Shown: positions 1 through 7,746 of the stretch, in pieces
Layout: each line of letters begins with the position of its first letter
Position numbering within the stretch: position 1 is the stretch's first letter
Assembly (NCBI GenBank): GCA_043718855.1
Contig: JAYSUY010000859.1
Coordinates: 1 to 30,687, forward strand
Length of the DNA stretch: 30,687 nt
From: Saprospiraceae bacterium
Lineage (GTDB): Bacteria > Bacteroidota > Bacteroidia > Chitinophagales > Saprospiraceae
Reading direction: 5' to 3'
Notes under the pieces: generated by a model
What the model was told of the DNA's origin: nothing
The model's input: only the letters and a program-made list of their open reading frames with translations
Database searches by the model: none
Translations under genes and position numbers: made by a program

Positions 1-6
1 TGGGAA

Positions 7-63
7 GGAATAAAAAGAGAGCGGCAACTGGGGTACCCGGTTGCCGCTCTCCTTTTTTATTCC
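7..63. terminator. Bidirectional intrinsic terminator-like hairpin
   Basis: GAGAGCGGCAAC (17-28) pairs perfectly with GTTGCCGCTCTC (40-51). Stem is extended by GGAATAAAAA / TTTTTTATTCC, giving A- and T-tracts on both sides. Confidence 0.75.
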
Positions 64-71
64 CCAAACAA

Positions 72-105
72 ACAAGAGCCGCCCCATCTCTGAGGCGACT
101 CCTGT
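72..105 (-). terminator. Intrinsic terminator of the tRNA gene; also part A of the direct repeat
   Basis: Minus-strand ACAGGAGTCGCC-N10-GGCGGCTCTTGT 12-bp stem (two G:U pairs) followed by TTGTTT, ~10 nt after the tRNA 3' end. 31/34 identical to 9067-9100. Confidence 0.75.
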
Positions 106-115
106 TTTTCTGCGG

Positions 116-189
116 TGGGCCCAGCAGGAATTGAACCCGCGACCGTCTGATTATGAGTCAGCTGCTCTAACCATCTGAGCTATGGGCCC
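116..189 (-). tRNA. tRNA with CAT anticodon, most likely tRNA-Ile2 (lysidine-modified); automated tools may call it Met
   Basis: Reverse complement GGGCCCATAGCTCAGATGGTTAGAGCAGCTGACTCATAATCAGACGGTCGCGGGTTCAATTCCTGCTGGGCCCA folds as a cloverleaf. G1:C72 and no GGG/CCC anticodon stem exclude the initiator. C4:G69 and C5:G68 match E. coli TilS determinants. CCA is not fully encoded (ACCG). Confidence 0.92.
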
Positions 190-209
190 GTTTGCTGTAA
201 ACAACGGCG

Positions 210-217
210 CAAAGGTA
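210..217 (-). promoter_or_regulatory. Bacteroidota sigma70 -7 box for the tRNA
   Basis: Plus-strand CAAAGGTA = TACCTTTG on minus, an exact TAnnTTTG match 20 nt upstream of the tRNA 5' end. No clear -33 TTTG. Confidence 0.7.
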
Positions 218-276
218 GCGCGAGTTCCAAGATTTGATGGGGAGTTTTTTGTGAAAACTGCTGTGCAGTTCGGGGG
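217..276 (+). repeat. Direct repeat part B (tRNA upstream region), copy 1
   Basis: AGCGCGAGTTCCA (217-229) = 9124-9136, and AAACTGCTGTGCAGTTCGGGGG (255-276) = 9163-9184 exactly, with a partly conserved segment between them. Confidence 0.85.
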
Positions 277-327
277 CGGCACTCCTGAATGCACAAGCAT
301 ATCTTGCACCCTAAAAATTTGCCTATC

Positions 328-2058
328 ATGCTCACTTTGGATAATTTTGAGGCAACCCTGACCTCCAAAATCGTGCAACGCGGCCACGAATATTTCAAAA
401 GTCAGGCCGTCGAAACCCTTGACGAAGACTCTCCCGGAAACTGGTCAGCGGTCGTTTCTGGCACCGAGGACTACGAAGTGGAGGTCGTGCTTTCCGGCAA
501 AACCGTCATGGAAACATCCTGCGATTGCCCTTACGATGGCGGTCCGGTCTGCAAGCATGTTGTTGCCGTACTGTATGCCTTGCGCGAGCAAGCAACAACG
601 ACGAAAAAGAAGCCCGGCAAACCCGGCAAGATGACTTTCGAGGATTTGCTGCTCAAAGTCAGTCTGGACGAACTCCGCAACTTCGTCCGTCACCAAAGGC
701 AGGGAGACCGCGAATTTGGCGAAAAATTCATGCTGTTTTTTGTTGAAAAAGACCCGGGTATAGATGTTTTGGGCAAATACGAGGGCTTGGTACGCGGCAT
801 CGTCCGCAGCAATTCCAGCCGGGGCTTCATGGAATACCGCCAAACTTTTGCCTTTGTCAAAGAAATCCGTTCAGTGCTGAATGCCGCTGACACGGCCATT
901 TCGCAGAAAAACTACCGCAACGCATTTGCCATCGCAAAGGTGATCTGCCAAGAAGTCATGCAACTGATCCAGACCAGCGACGACTCTGCCGGCAACATCG
1001 GTGGCGTGCTTTCATCAGGCATCCAGATTTTTGAAGACATCGCTGAGGCCGAAGCCACCAGCCCAGAACTGCTGAGCGAACTGCTCGGCAATTTAGAAAA
1101 GGCACTGGCAAACAAATCGTGGTTCGACTACGGCGATTATGGCTACGAGCTGCTGGCTGTCGCCGAAAAAACGGCCCTCCGAACCGAGCCAGGGACTTAC
1201 CTGCGCCTCTTGGATGCGCTGGCAAAAATCCACGTCGGGCAGTACAGCGACTACAAGCAAGACCATTTCAAAAAAGCGAAAATCCGGTTCTTGGAAAGCA
1301 TCGGTCGCGTGGAAGAAGCCGAAAAACTTGTTGCCGCCAACCTGGACGTTGTGGAGGTGCGGATGGGTGTCGTTCAGCAAGCCATTGAAAAACAGGATTT
1401 TATCAAAGCAAAGCGGCTCGTGGCCGAAGGCATCCAAATCGCTGAGGGCAAACAGCACCCCGGCACAGTCGCCAATTGGGAAAAGGTGCTGCTCGACATT
1501 GCCCAGCACGAAAACGACGTAGCGACGGCGCGCCATTTCACCCAAAAATTTGCCTTCGACCGGGGCCTGAACGTCAAATATTATCAGGCTTGGAAAGCCA
1601 CCTTCCCGCCTGTGGAATGGCCCGGGATCATCGAACAATACATCCAATCGGTGATGGAGAAAGAAAAAGCGAGGCCCCGCAAAGGCATCTGGGACAGCTT
1701 GGAACACGCCCTGTTCCTTCGGCTTTCGCCCGTTTTTATTCAAGAAGAGCAATGGGAGCGGCTGTTGAACTTCATCCCGAAAGACCCCGGAGAAAGCCCG
1801 CTTTCCACCGTTCACCCTTATTTGTCAAAACGTTATCCTAAGGAAATGCTGGCTCTCTACCTGCCCGTGCTGGAAAACCTGGGCGACAAGGCCAGCAACC
1901 GCAACGAATATCAGCGCCTCGCTGAACTGATGAAGAAGGTGAAACAGGACATAGAAGGCAGCCACGAGGCGGTAGAAGGGCTGGCCGCCGGGCTGATCCA
2001 GAAGTATCCGAGGCGGCCTGCTATGGCGGAGGAGATGAGGAAGGTGGTGAGGAGGTGA
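328..2058 (+). CDS. SWIM zinc-finger protein with C-terminal helical region (~576 aa; alternative ATG at 289)
   Basis: SWIM motif C-D-C-PYDGGPV-C-K-H (520-558) followed by VAVLYAL. N-terminus MLTLDNFE resembles that of the paralog at 25368-26732. Confidence 0.85.
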   Translation: MLTLDNFEATLTSKIVQRGHEYFKSQAVETLDEDSPGNWSAVVSGTEDYEVEVVLSGKTVMETSCDCPYDGGPVCKHVVAVLYALREQATTTKKKPGKPGKMTFEDLLLKVSLDELRNFVRHQRQGDREFGEKFMLFFVEKDPGIDVLGKYEGLVRGIVRSNSSRGFMEYRQTFAFVKEIRSVLNAADTAISQKNYRNAFAIAKVICQEVMQLIQTSDDSAGNIGGVLSSGIQIFEDIAEAEATSPELLSELLGNLEKALANKSWFDYGDYGYELLAVAEKTALRTEPGTYLRLLDALAKIHVGQYSDYKQDHFKKAKIRFLESIGRVEEAEKLVAANLDVVEVRMGVVQQAIEKQDFIKAKRLVAEGIQIAEGKQHPGTVANWEKVLLDIAQHENDVATARHFTQKFAFDRGLNVKYYQAWKATFPPVEWPGIIEQYIQSVMEKEKARPRKGIWDSLEHALFLRLSPVFIQEEQWERLLNFIPKDPGESPLSTVHPYLSKRYPKEMLALYLPVLENLGDKASNRNEYQRLAELMKKVKQDIEGSHEAVEGLAAGLIQKYPRRPAMAEEMRKVVRR

Positions 2059-2066
2059 GGTCGCGG

Positions 2067-3296
2067 TCAGAAGTTGAGTTTGTTTCCGTGCGCTATATTG
2101 AGCAAAAATTCCACAAACTCCGGGTAAAAAACCATGCGAAACTCAGTAGCCTTCAAGCGTTTGATCGCTTCGTCTTTTTCCAAGTCGTAAAAATCGACGA
2201 CCCGCTTGAAGATATCCGGGTCGTTTGTTTGTGTTCTTGCCTCGGTCAGTTTTTCGACAGTTTCACCTAAGTAAAGCAGCAGCGCAGGAAAGCCTTCGTG
2301 CTTGACGATATCTTCTTTCCGTTTTTGTTGAATGATCATGTCGTAGAAAAACTCCCTCTCGCTGGGTTTGAGGCGATCTTTTACTTTGGGGTGTTGAATC
2401 ACTTCTGCCGTGCGGAATCGAGCCATATCAAACCCGTCAAAGGCTCGCTCGACTGCTTTTTTGGCCGCATCAACCGTCATCATCAAGGCAATCGTCACAA
2501 TGACCTTATCGGGGTTGGCTTTGACCTTTTTGAGAAATTCTCGCTCAAAATCAGGGATGTTCAGTATTTGAATGTCCTCGTGATCGTGTCCCACATCGTG
2601 AAACAGCAACTCGTACTCTCGTGCTGATGTACTTCCCGGCTGGTACAAAAAAAGGCAAGCAGGCTTGTTCTTTTCGGGAGAAGTCAACAAATAATCCGTG
2701 ATTTCTCTAATGGCCTCCGGGGTTTCCGGAAGACTTCTGAATGTGCCTTTGGGCGACAGCACCAGCAGTGCGTGCCGGGCACTCGAGGCATCAACCACTT
2801 GTGCTACCCGCATGAATTTCGAGTTTTTGGCAAGTGTGCTGCCCAAGAAGCCGATGTCCACTTGTCCAGACTTTACCTTGTCGGCCACTTCTCCACTGAA
2901 ATAAAAACTGTGCTTAAAGCGGTCAAATCCGTTCAAATGCTTCCCAGGAACACTAAAAATCGGCTCGTCATCCGCCAAATCGGAGTAAGCCGTCAACTGA
3001 ACGTGCTTGAAAAATTCCTTCGTCATGGTCAGCCGCGGTTCCTGGTTTTTTGCCAACAGAGGTGCCGCCCAAAAGCCAGAACTGAATGCGATTTTTAACG
3101 GCTCATATTCCGAAAGCGGCAAGCCAAGATGAACACAAGCATTCTTAAAGTGCTCTTGTGAGCCAACCCCGTTTAACAATCGGCTAATGGTCCCTGGGTT
3201 GAGGCCGAGTTTTACTGCAAGTGCTTTTTGATTCCTGGGTTTGCCCGGCTTACCCAGTTCGTTTTTGATGCGTTGAGCGATTTTACCTTTGTCCAT
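2067..3296 (-). CDS. XRE/Cro-C1 HTH regulator fused to a putative type-2 periplasmic-binding-fold (SsuA/NMT1-like) sensor domain
   Basis: N-terminal QKALAVKLGLNPGTISRLLNG HTH. Then PLKIAFSSGFWAAPLL and FSGEVADKVKSGQVDIGFLGS, which resemble PBP2 substrate-binding motifs. No signal peptide. HTH is solid; the PBP2 call is pattern recognition. Confidence 0.7.
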   Translation of the reverse strand: MDKGKIAQRIKNELGKPGKPRNQKALAVKLGLNPGTISRLLNGVGSQEHFKNACVHLGLPLSEYEPLKIAFSSGFWAAPLLAKNQEPRLTMTKEFFKHVQLTAYSDLADDEPIFSVPGKHLNGFDRFKHSFYFSGEVADKVKSGQVDIGFLGSTLAKNSKFMRVAQVVDASSARHALLVLSPKGTFRSLPETPEAIREITDYLLTSPEKNKPACLFLYQPGSTSAREYELLFHDVGHDHEDIQILNIPDFEREFLKKVKANPDKVIVTIALMMTVDAAKKAVERAFDGFDMARFRTAEVIQHPKVKDRLKPSEREFFYDMIIQQKRKEDIVKHEGFPALLLYLGETVEKLTEARTQTNDPDIFKRVVDFYDLEKDEAIKRLKATEFRMVFYPEFVEFLLNIAHGNKLNF

Positions 3297-3307
3297 ATCA
3301 AAAATTG

Positions 3308-3365
3308 GTTGTCAATTTTGATGTAAAATTATCATTTATTGACAACACTGCAACACCCTGTTGCA
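3308..3365. promoter_or_regulatory. Candidate operators in the divergent promoter region
   Basis: Perfect inverted repeats GTTGTCAAT-N21-ATTGACAAC (3308-3346), AATTTT-N5-AAAATT (3314-3330) and TGCAACA-N3-TGTTGCA (3349-3365). Confidence 0.5.
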
Positions 3366-3508
3366 TACCCCAGAGCGAACCCAGCATCTTTGGCTCGACG
3401 CAGCCCAGGGCCTCCAAATTTCAAATCAGCATTTTCAGATGACTTTCTCGACTCGCAGCAGTGCTTGCTGCGGGCAAGGCATTGTTTTGTCAAACCAACC
3501 AACAGATT

Positions 3509-3979
3509 ATGGCACCTTCCAACAACTGCATTTGGGCTTTACTGGCGGCAGCCAGTGCAGGAGCCTTGATTTCGTTTCAAATTTTGGCTGAAACGGCCTT
3601 GAAAAACACCCTGAAAGGTGGGGTTTTCCACACTTCAGTCATCGCATTCGGCTCCGCCTTTGCTATTCTGGTCATGTACGGCCTCTGGAACGGGCTGAAA
3701 ATCTTCCCGGCTTTGGCCGAATTCAAGCCCCTTCGCGGGTTTGAGGTCTTCGGCGGGCTGACCAGAATCTTGTACCTCATTTTGGTGGTCTTTGCCTGTA
3801 CCCGGTTGGGCATTGCCAAAGCCACTTGCATTGTCATCAGTATGCAGGTTCTGGCCAGTTCTGTATTTCAGGCCAACGCACTCTTCGGCTCGCCGCTCAT
3901 TGGCTGGACTTGGGAAAAGACACTCGGCCTGCTTCTGCTGGTGCTCGGAGTCGTGTTGATGGTCGTAAAACGGGAATGA
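3509..3979 (+). CDS. DMT-superfamily transporter, YdcZ/DUF606-like (156 aa)
   Basis: About 5 TM helices. AGALISFQ, GGL, RLG...VISMQVLAS...LFG and LGLLLLVLGVVL follow the YdcZ pattern. ATG 3509 preferred over TTG 3461. Confidence 0.75.
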   Translation: MAPSNNCIWALLAAASAGALISFQILAETALKNTLKGGVFHTSVIAFGSAFAILVMYGLWNGLKIFPALAEFKPLRGFEVFGGLTRILYLILVVFACTRLGIAKATCIVISMQVLASSVFQANALFGSPLIGWTWEKTLGLLLLVLGVVLMVVKRE

Positions 3980-4048
3980 CCTCTTCTGTCCTTCCTGGTA
4001 AGGAACCGCCGATGAATACTATCTCTCAACATTTTAAATTCTATCAAA

Positions 4049-4513
4049 ATGCAAAATCAGGGACCAATAACATGGCCAACCATCATTGGGATTTTTTTAA
4101 GGTGGGTCGTAATCCCTGCAGTGTATAAGCCCACTCAAATTTATCTAGAAAACGACACGGGCCAAGACCTGACCATCACCCTAACTTATTATGAACGAGA
4201 TATCAGGGCCTCCTTCTCTCGATGGGAATTTTGGGAGGGCCAATGGCTGACAGGAACGTGTATCGTTTCCGCTGGAAGTGCGCAAATCATTGGCTCGGTG
4301 AAAGGGAATGGGAATCGAACGATAACGGTTCGCGCAACTGCTCCGGGAAAGCAGACTATACCCATGACTAAGTTTCTTCACCCCGTCGAATGGGGCCTCT
4401 TTGAAGACTCCTACCAAATGAGAATCACCCCTGACGACTTAAAGCCAGAGTTCGATCCAAGTAAGCTTCTCTTGTGGCCTTTGCGGGGCGGCTCCAAGTG
4501 GCCCCACCAATAG
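4049..4513 (+). CDS. Hypothetical protein (154 aa): short N-terminal hydrophobic stretch, then a beta-rich domain
   Basis: Open ORF with ATG after an AT-rich leader, co-directional with neighbours. Only a faint resemblance to DUF1036 (N-x-T...Y...W-x-x-G). Confidence 0.6.
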   Translation: MQNQGPITWPTIIGIFLRWVVIPAVYKPTQIYLENDTGQDLTITLTYYERDIRASFSRWEFWEGQWLTGTCIVSAGSAQIIGSVKGNGNRTITVRATAPGKQTIPMTKFLHPVEWGLFEDSYQMRITPDDLKPEFDPSKLLLWPLRGGSKWPHQ

Positions 4514-4585
4514 AAACGCTACTCTGTATCGGATGAAAGTAGCCCCTAAACAAAGTTCTCATTTCATTTTTCAACTATCAACATT

Positions 4586-5077
4586 ATGAAAGTTCTCAGT
4601 TTTCAAGGTAAAACCGTAATTGCCAGTAAAAAAACGACTGATTCCAGCACTGATTCCTGCTTCATTACCTTGGCAGCGATGTTTGGAGTTTTCTATTTCC
4701 TCGGTCATCTGGAGTACTATGGCCCCTATCTGCTTGTTGGTATAGTTTTTTGGATAACGGGCATTTTTTTCATAAATAGATGGCAAAAGAGAAGAAAGGG
4801 AGTGGTGATGGCAAAAAATTGGGATAATTTGAAAAACAACCAGACAAGTGTTTTAACCACGGTATTCGTTGAACGTTTAGAAGTGGGCATGGAGGGCGGC
4901 GGAACTGAAATGATTACAAAAATTGCTTTCGTCCACGGTTATTTTTATAGGGCTATAAACGAAACGGTAGAAGGCGACTATCATTTGTTTTTTAAAAATC
5001 GCCTGACACTGGAAATGCACCTGACTTACTGCCAATCTGACCCAGAGGTCTATTTCCTTTCTGAAATAGAGACATAA
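4586..5077 (+). CDS. Hypothetical membrane protein (163 aa, two N-terminal TM helices)
   Basis: Two hydrophobic segments followed by a basic stop-transfer RWQKRRK. AT-rich (line 4741-4800 is 19/60 GC). Confidence 0.65.
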   Translation: MKVLSFQGKTVIASKKTTDSSTDSCFITLAAMFGVFYFLGHLEYYGPYLLVGIVFWITGIFFINRWQKRRKGVVMAKNWDNLKNNQTSVLTTVFVERLEVGMEGGGTEMITKIAFVHGYFYRAINETVEGDYHLFFKNRLTLEMHLTYCQSDPEVYFLSEIET

Positions 5078-5160
5078 ACTCACTTCTGAAATTTCCTGTA
5101 CGCCTTCCGCCGTCTTCCATTTGAGCAGAAGGCAATCTCTTACATTCAAATTTGGTCATC

Positions 5161-7719
5161 ATGCAACAACAATCCGCCCCACTCGGGCCAGCCACTCCTT
5201 TGCTCGATCTACTCGACGATTTCCTCCCACCCGGAGAATCAGCAGCCCAATTCTTCGCCCTACTGAAAAAAACCCGGGGCAGCAAAAGCCAATTTAACAC
5301 CCCCTACAAAAACACCCTTCAGTCAGCCCTCACCGCCCCTGAGGCCGAACGCCAAAATGCCCGCACCTTAGAAAACATCACCGCTTGGAATTCTATCTGC
5401 ACTGTACTGCAGGGGGAGCGAAAAACCCCCGGCCTCGGTGGACACCTCGCCACATTTGCCTCTGCATCAACGCTGTACGAGGTACTTCAAAATCATTTTC
5501 TCCACGATGGGGAAGGCCTGGCTGCCGAAATTCTTCTGCCACAAGGGCACGCCAGCCCCGGTCTATACGCCCGCGCCTGGCTCGAAGGAAGGCTTTCAGA
5601 CGAGCAAATCGCCCTCTTCCGGCAGGAGACAATTGGTGGCCTGCCCTCGTACCCGCACCCACGCCGGATGCCTGATTTTTGGCAAGTGCCCACCGTCAGC
5701 ATGGGGCTTGGCCCGCTCACAGCCATTGCTTTGGCCCGAATGCGCAAGTACATCGTTTGCAGGGATTTGCACGAAAAAACGGAAGCGGTCGGGCGGGTTT
5801 GGGCATTCCTCGGCGACGGCGAACTGCTCGGCGAACCAGAGTCGCTGAGCGGAATTTGGCTCGCCGGAAAAGAGCGTTTGAGCAATCTTGTCTTTGTTGT
5901 CTCCTGCAACCTCCAGCGGCTCGACGGCCCTGTTCAGCCTTCCGGAAAAGTGATCCAGGAAGCCGAGCGCATTTTCCGGGCAGCAGGCTGGCTGGTTCTA
6001 AAAATAATCTGGGCCAGTGAGTGGGACTCGATTTTTGAACGCGACAAAAACGGAAAACTCCTCGCCCATCTCGAAGCCCTGCACGACGGTGATTTCCAAC
6101 AAATCGCGGCCTACACCGACGGGGGGAAAGTCCGAGCAAAACTCACGGGCGGCGACCCAGAAATCGCCGAAATCCTCGCCCCGTTGAGCGATGCCGAATT
6201 GCTCAATTTGCGCAGGGGCGGCCACGATGCCGAAAAGGTTTACGCCGCTTACGCCCATGCGGTTCAATCCGACCGCCCCGTCGTTATTTTGGCTAAAACA
6301 TTGAAAGGAAATAACTTAGGCTCAAAGATCGCTGCCCAAAACAATGCCCACCAGAACAAGGAAATGAGAGGAGATGACCTCGTGGCCTTCTGTCGCCGCC
6401 TCGAAATCCCGCTGAGCGACGAAGACGCAAAAGCCCTGAAATTTTACCGCCCGCCCGAAGACAGCCCCGCAATGCAATGGCTCCACGCCCGCAGAAAAGC
6501 TCTCGGCGGCTACTTGCCCGCCCGAAACGCGAAGGCGGATGCCCGCCTGCTGATTCCTCCCGACCCGTTTTTCAACTTGTACGATGCTGGAAAGAAAACC
6601 ATGTCCACGACCAAAGCCTTCGTCGAGATGCTCCGCGAAATGTTGAATCTGAGCAAGCAATTCGTGTTCATCGTCCCAGATGAGGGGCAAACTTTCGGGG
6701 CCGACTCGATTTTCAAAGAACAGCAGGTATGGAACCCCGTAGCCGACGAGGGCGTGGCCGCGCTCCCCGTTTTTTCCGGCCTGAAGGAAAGCCGAAGCGG
6801 TGGGGTTTTTCAGGAAGGCATCAACGAAGCAGGCGCATTGGCGACCTTCACCGCAGCAGGGACTTCCTACGCGCTGAATGGGGTTCCGCTTTGCCCCTTC
6901 TACATGTTCTATTCCATGTTCGGGTTTCAGCGCGTGGGCGACTCCATTTGGGCCGCTGCCGACGCTTTATGCCGTGGTTTTTTGCTTGGCGGCACGGCTG
7001 GGCGCACGACCCTCAACGGCGAAGGGCTACAACATCAGGATGGCCACTCCCACTTGCTTGCGCTGACCAACCCAGCGGTCATCTCCTACGACCCGGCCAC
7101 CTCATGGGAAGTCGCCTCGCTTGTGCGCACGGGTCTGCACCGGATGTTCGGCGACGCGGGCGGCGACCCAGATGTGATGTTTTACCTGACGCTCTACAAC
7201 GAAATTCGTCCCATGCCCGCTCGCCCGATAGAGGCGACCGACGAGGCCATCGCGCGGGGCATTTACCGACTGCAAAAAAGCGGCCTCGAACCGCAGAAAA
7301 GCCAGATCAAAGTCAACCTGCTCAGCTCTGGGACGATTTTGTTCGAAGCCCTCGAAGCAGCGAAATTGCTTGAAAACGAAGGCATTGCAACTGATGTCTG
7401 GAGCGTCACGAGTTGGACAGAACTCTACCGCGATGCCGATAACTGTCGCCAGCACAACTTGCTGAACCCCAGCGAGCCGCCCCGAAAACCGCACTTTTCT
7501 GAGGTGCTGGAAGCCGAAACAGGCGGCGTTTTCGTGGCCGTCAGCGATTGGATGCGCTTGTTGCCGGGCTGCCTCGAACCCTGGATTCCGGGGAGGTTCA
7601 TCGCTCTTGGCACCGACGGTTTCGGCCTCTCGGACAGCCGTGCCAACCTGCGCCAGCACTTCGGCATCAGCCCCGAACAAATCGTTTTTGCCGCCCAGCA
7701 ACTGCTGGCTCGCGGGTAA
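5161..7719 (+). CDS. aceE: Divergent homodimeric (AceE-type) pyruvate/2-oxoacid dehydrogenase E1 (~852 aa; TTG 5152 alternative)
   Basis: GGHLATFAS, QGHASPG, SYPHP, PTVSMGLGP, GDG...CNLQRLDGPV, AHQ, DEGQTFG, QEGINE, YSMFGFQRVGD, TTLNGEGLQHQDGHSH and GTDGFG.SDSR are all AceE-family motifs. Confidence 0.88.
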   Translation: MQQQSAPLGPATPLLDLLDDFLPPGESAAQFFALLKKTRGSKSQFNTPYKNTLQSALTAPEAERQNARTLENITAWNSICTVLQGERKTPGLGGHLATFASASTLYEVLQNHFLHDGEGLAAEILLPQGHASPGLYARAWLEGRLSDEQIALFRQETIGGLPSYPHPRRMPDFWQVPTVSMGLGPLTAIALARMRKYIVCRDLHEKTEAVGRVWAFLGDGELLGEPESLSGIWLAGKERLSNLVFVVSCNLQRLDGPVQPSGKVIQEAERIFRAAGWLVLKIIWASEWDSIFERDKNGKLLAHLEALHDGDFQQIAAYTDGGKVRAKLTGGDPEIAEILAPLSDAELLNLRRGGHDAEKVYAAYAHAVQSDRPVVILAKTLKGNNLGSKIAAQNNAHQNKEMRGDDLVAFCRRLEIPLSDEDAKALKFYRPPEDSPAMQWLHARRKALGGYLPARNAKADARLLIPPDPFFNLYDAGKKTMSTTKAFVEMLREMLNLSKQFVFIVPDEGQTFGADSIFKEQQVWNPVADEGVAALPVFSGLKESRSGGVFQEGINEAGALATFTAAGTSYALNGVPLCPFYMFYSMFGFQRVGDSIWAAADALCRGFLLGGTAGRTTLNGEGLQHQDGHSHLLALTNPAVISYDPATSWEVASLVRTGLHRMFGDAGGDPDVMFYLTLYNEIRPMPARPIEATDEAIARGIYRLQKSGLEPQKSQIKVNLLSSGTILFEALEAAKLLENEGIATDVWSVTSWTELYRDADNCRQHNLLNPSEPPRKPHFSEVLEAETGGVFVAVSDWMRLLPGCLEPWIPGRFIALGTDGFGLSDSRANLRQHFGISPEQIVFAAQQLLARG

Positions 7720-7746
7720 TTTTTCATGTCAAAATTTACGAAAACT

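Noticed and set aside
7-105. Novel structured ncRNA from two adjacent hairpins
   Set aside because: Both are adequately explained as intrinsic terminators downstream of the tRNA and of a probable convergent gene outside the window.
116-189. Initiator or elongator tRNA-Met call
   Set aside because: Initiator features are absent and the C4:G69 / C5:G68 pairs favour Ile2. Elongator Met cannot be fully excluded without a covariance-model score.
3297-3508. Possible TPP riboswitch ahead of the DMT gene, or at 5078-5160 ahead of E1
   Set aside because: No CUGAGA / ACCUGA / UAAUGC-type aptamer core was found on either stretch; only short hairpins. An Infernal/Rfam scan would settle it.
4049-4513. 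DUF1036 assignment
   Set aside because: Only a loose N-x-T / Y / W-x-x-G resemblance, without the Cys residues I expect in that family; not supportable without an HMM search.
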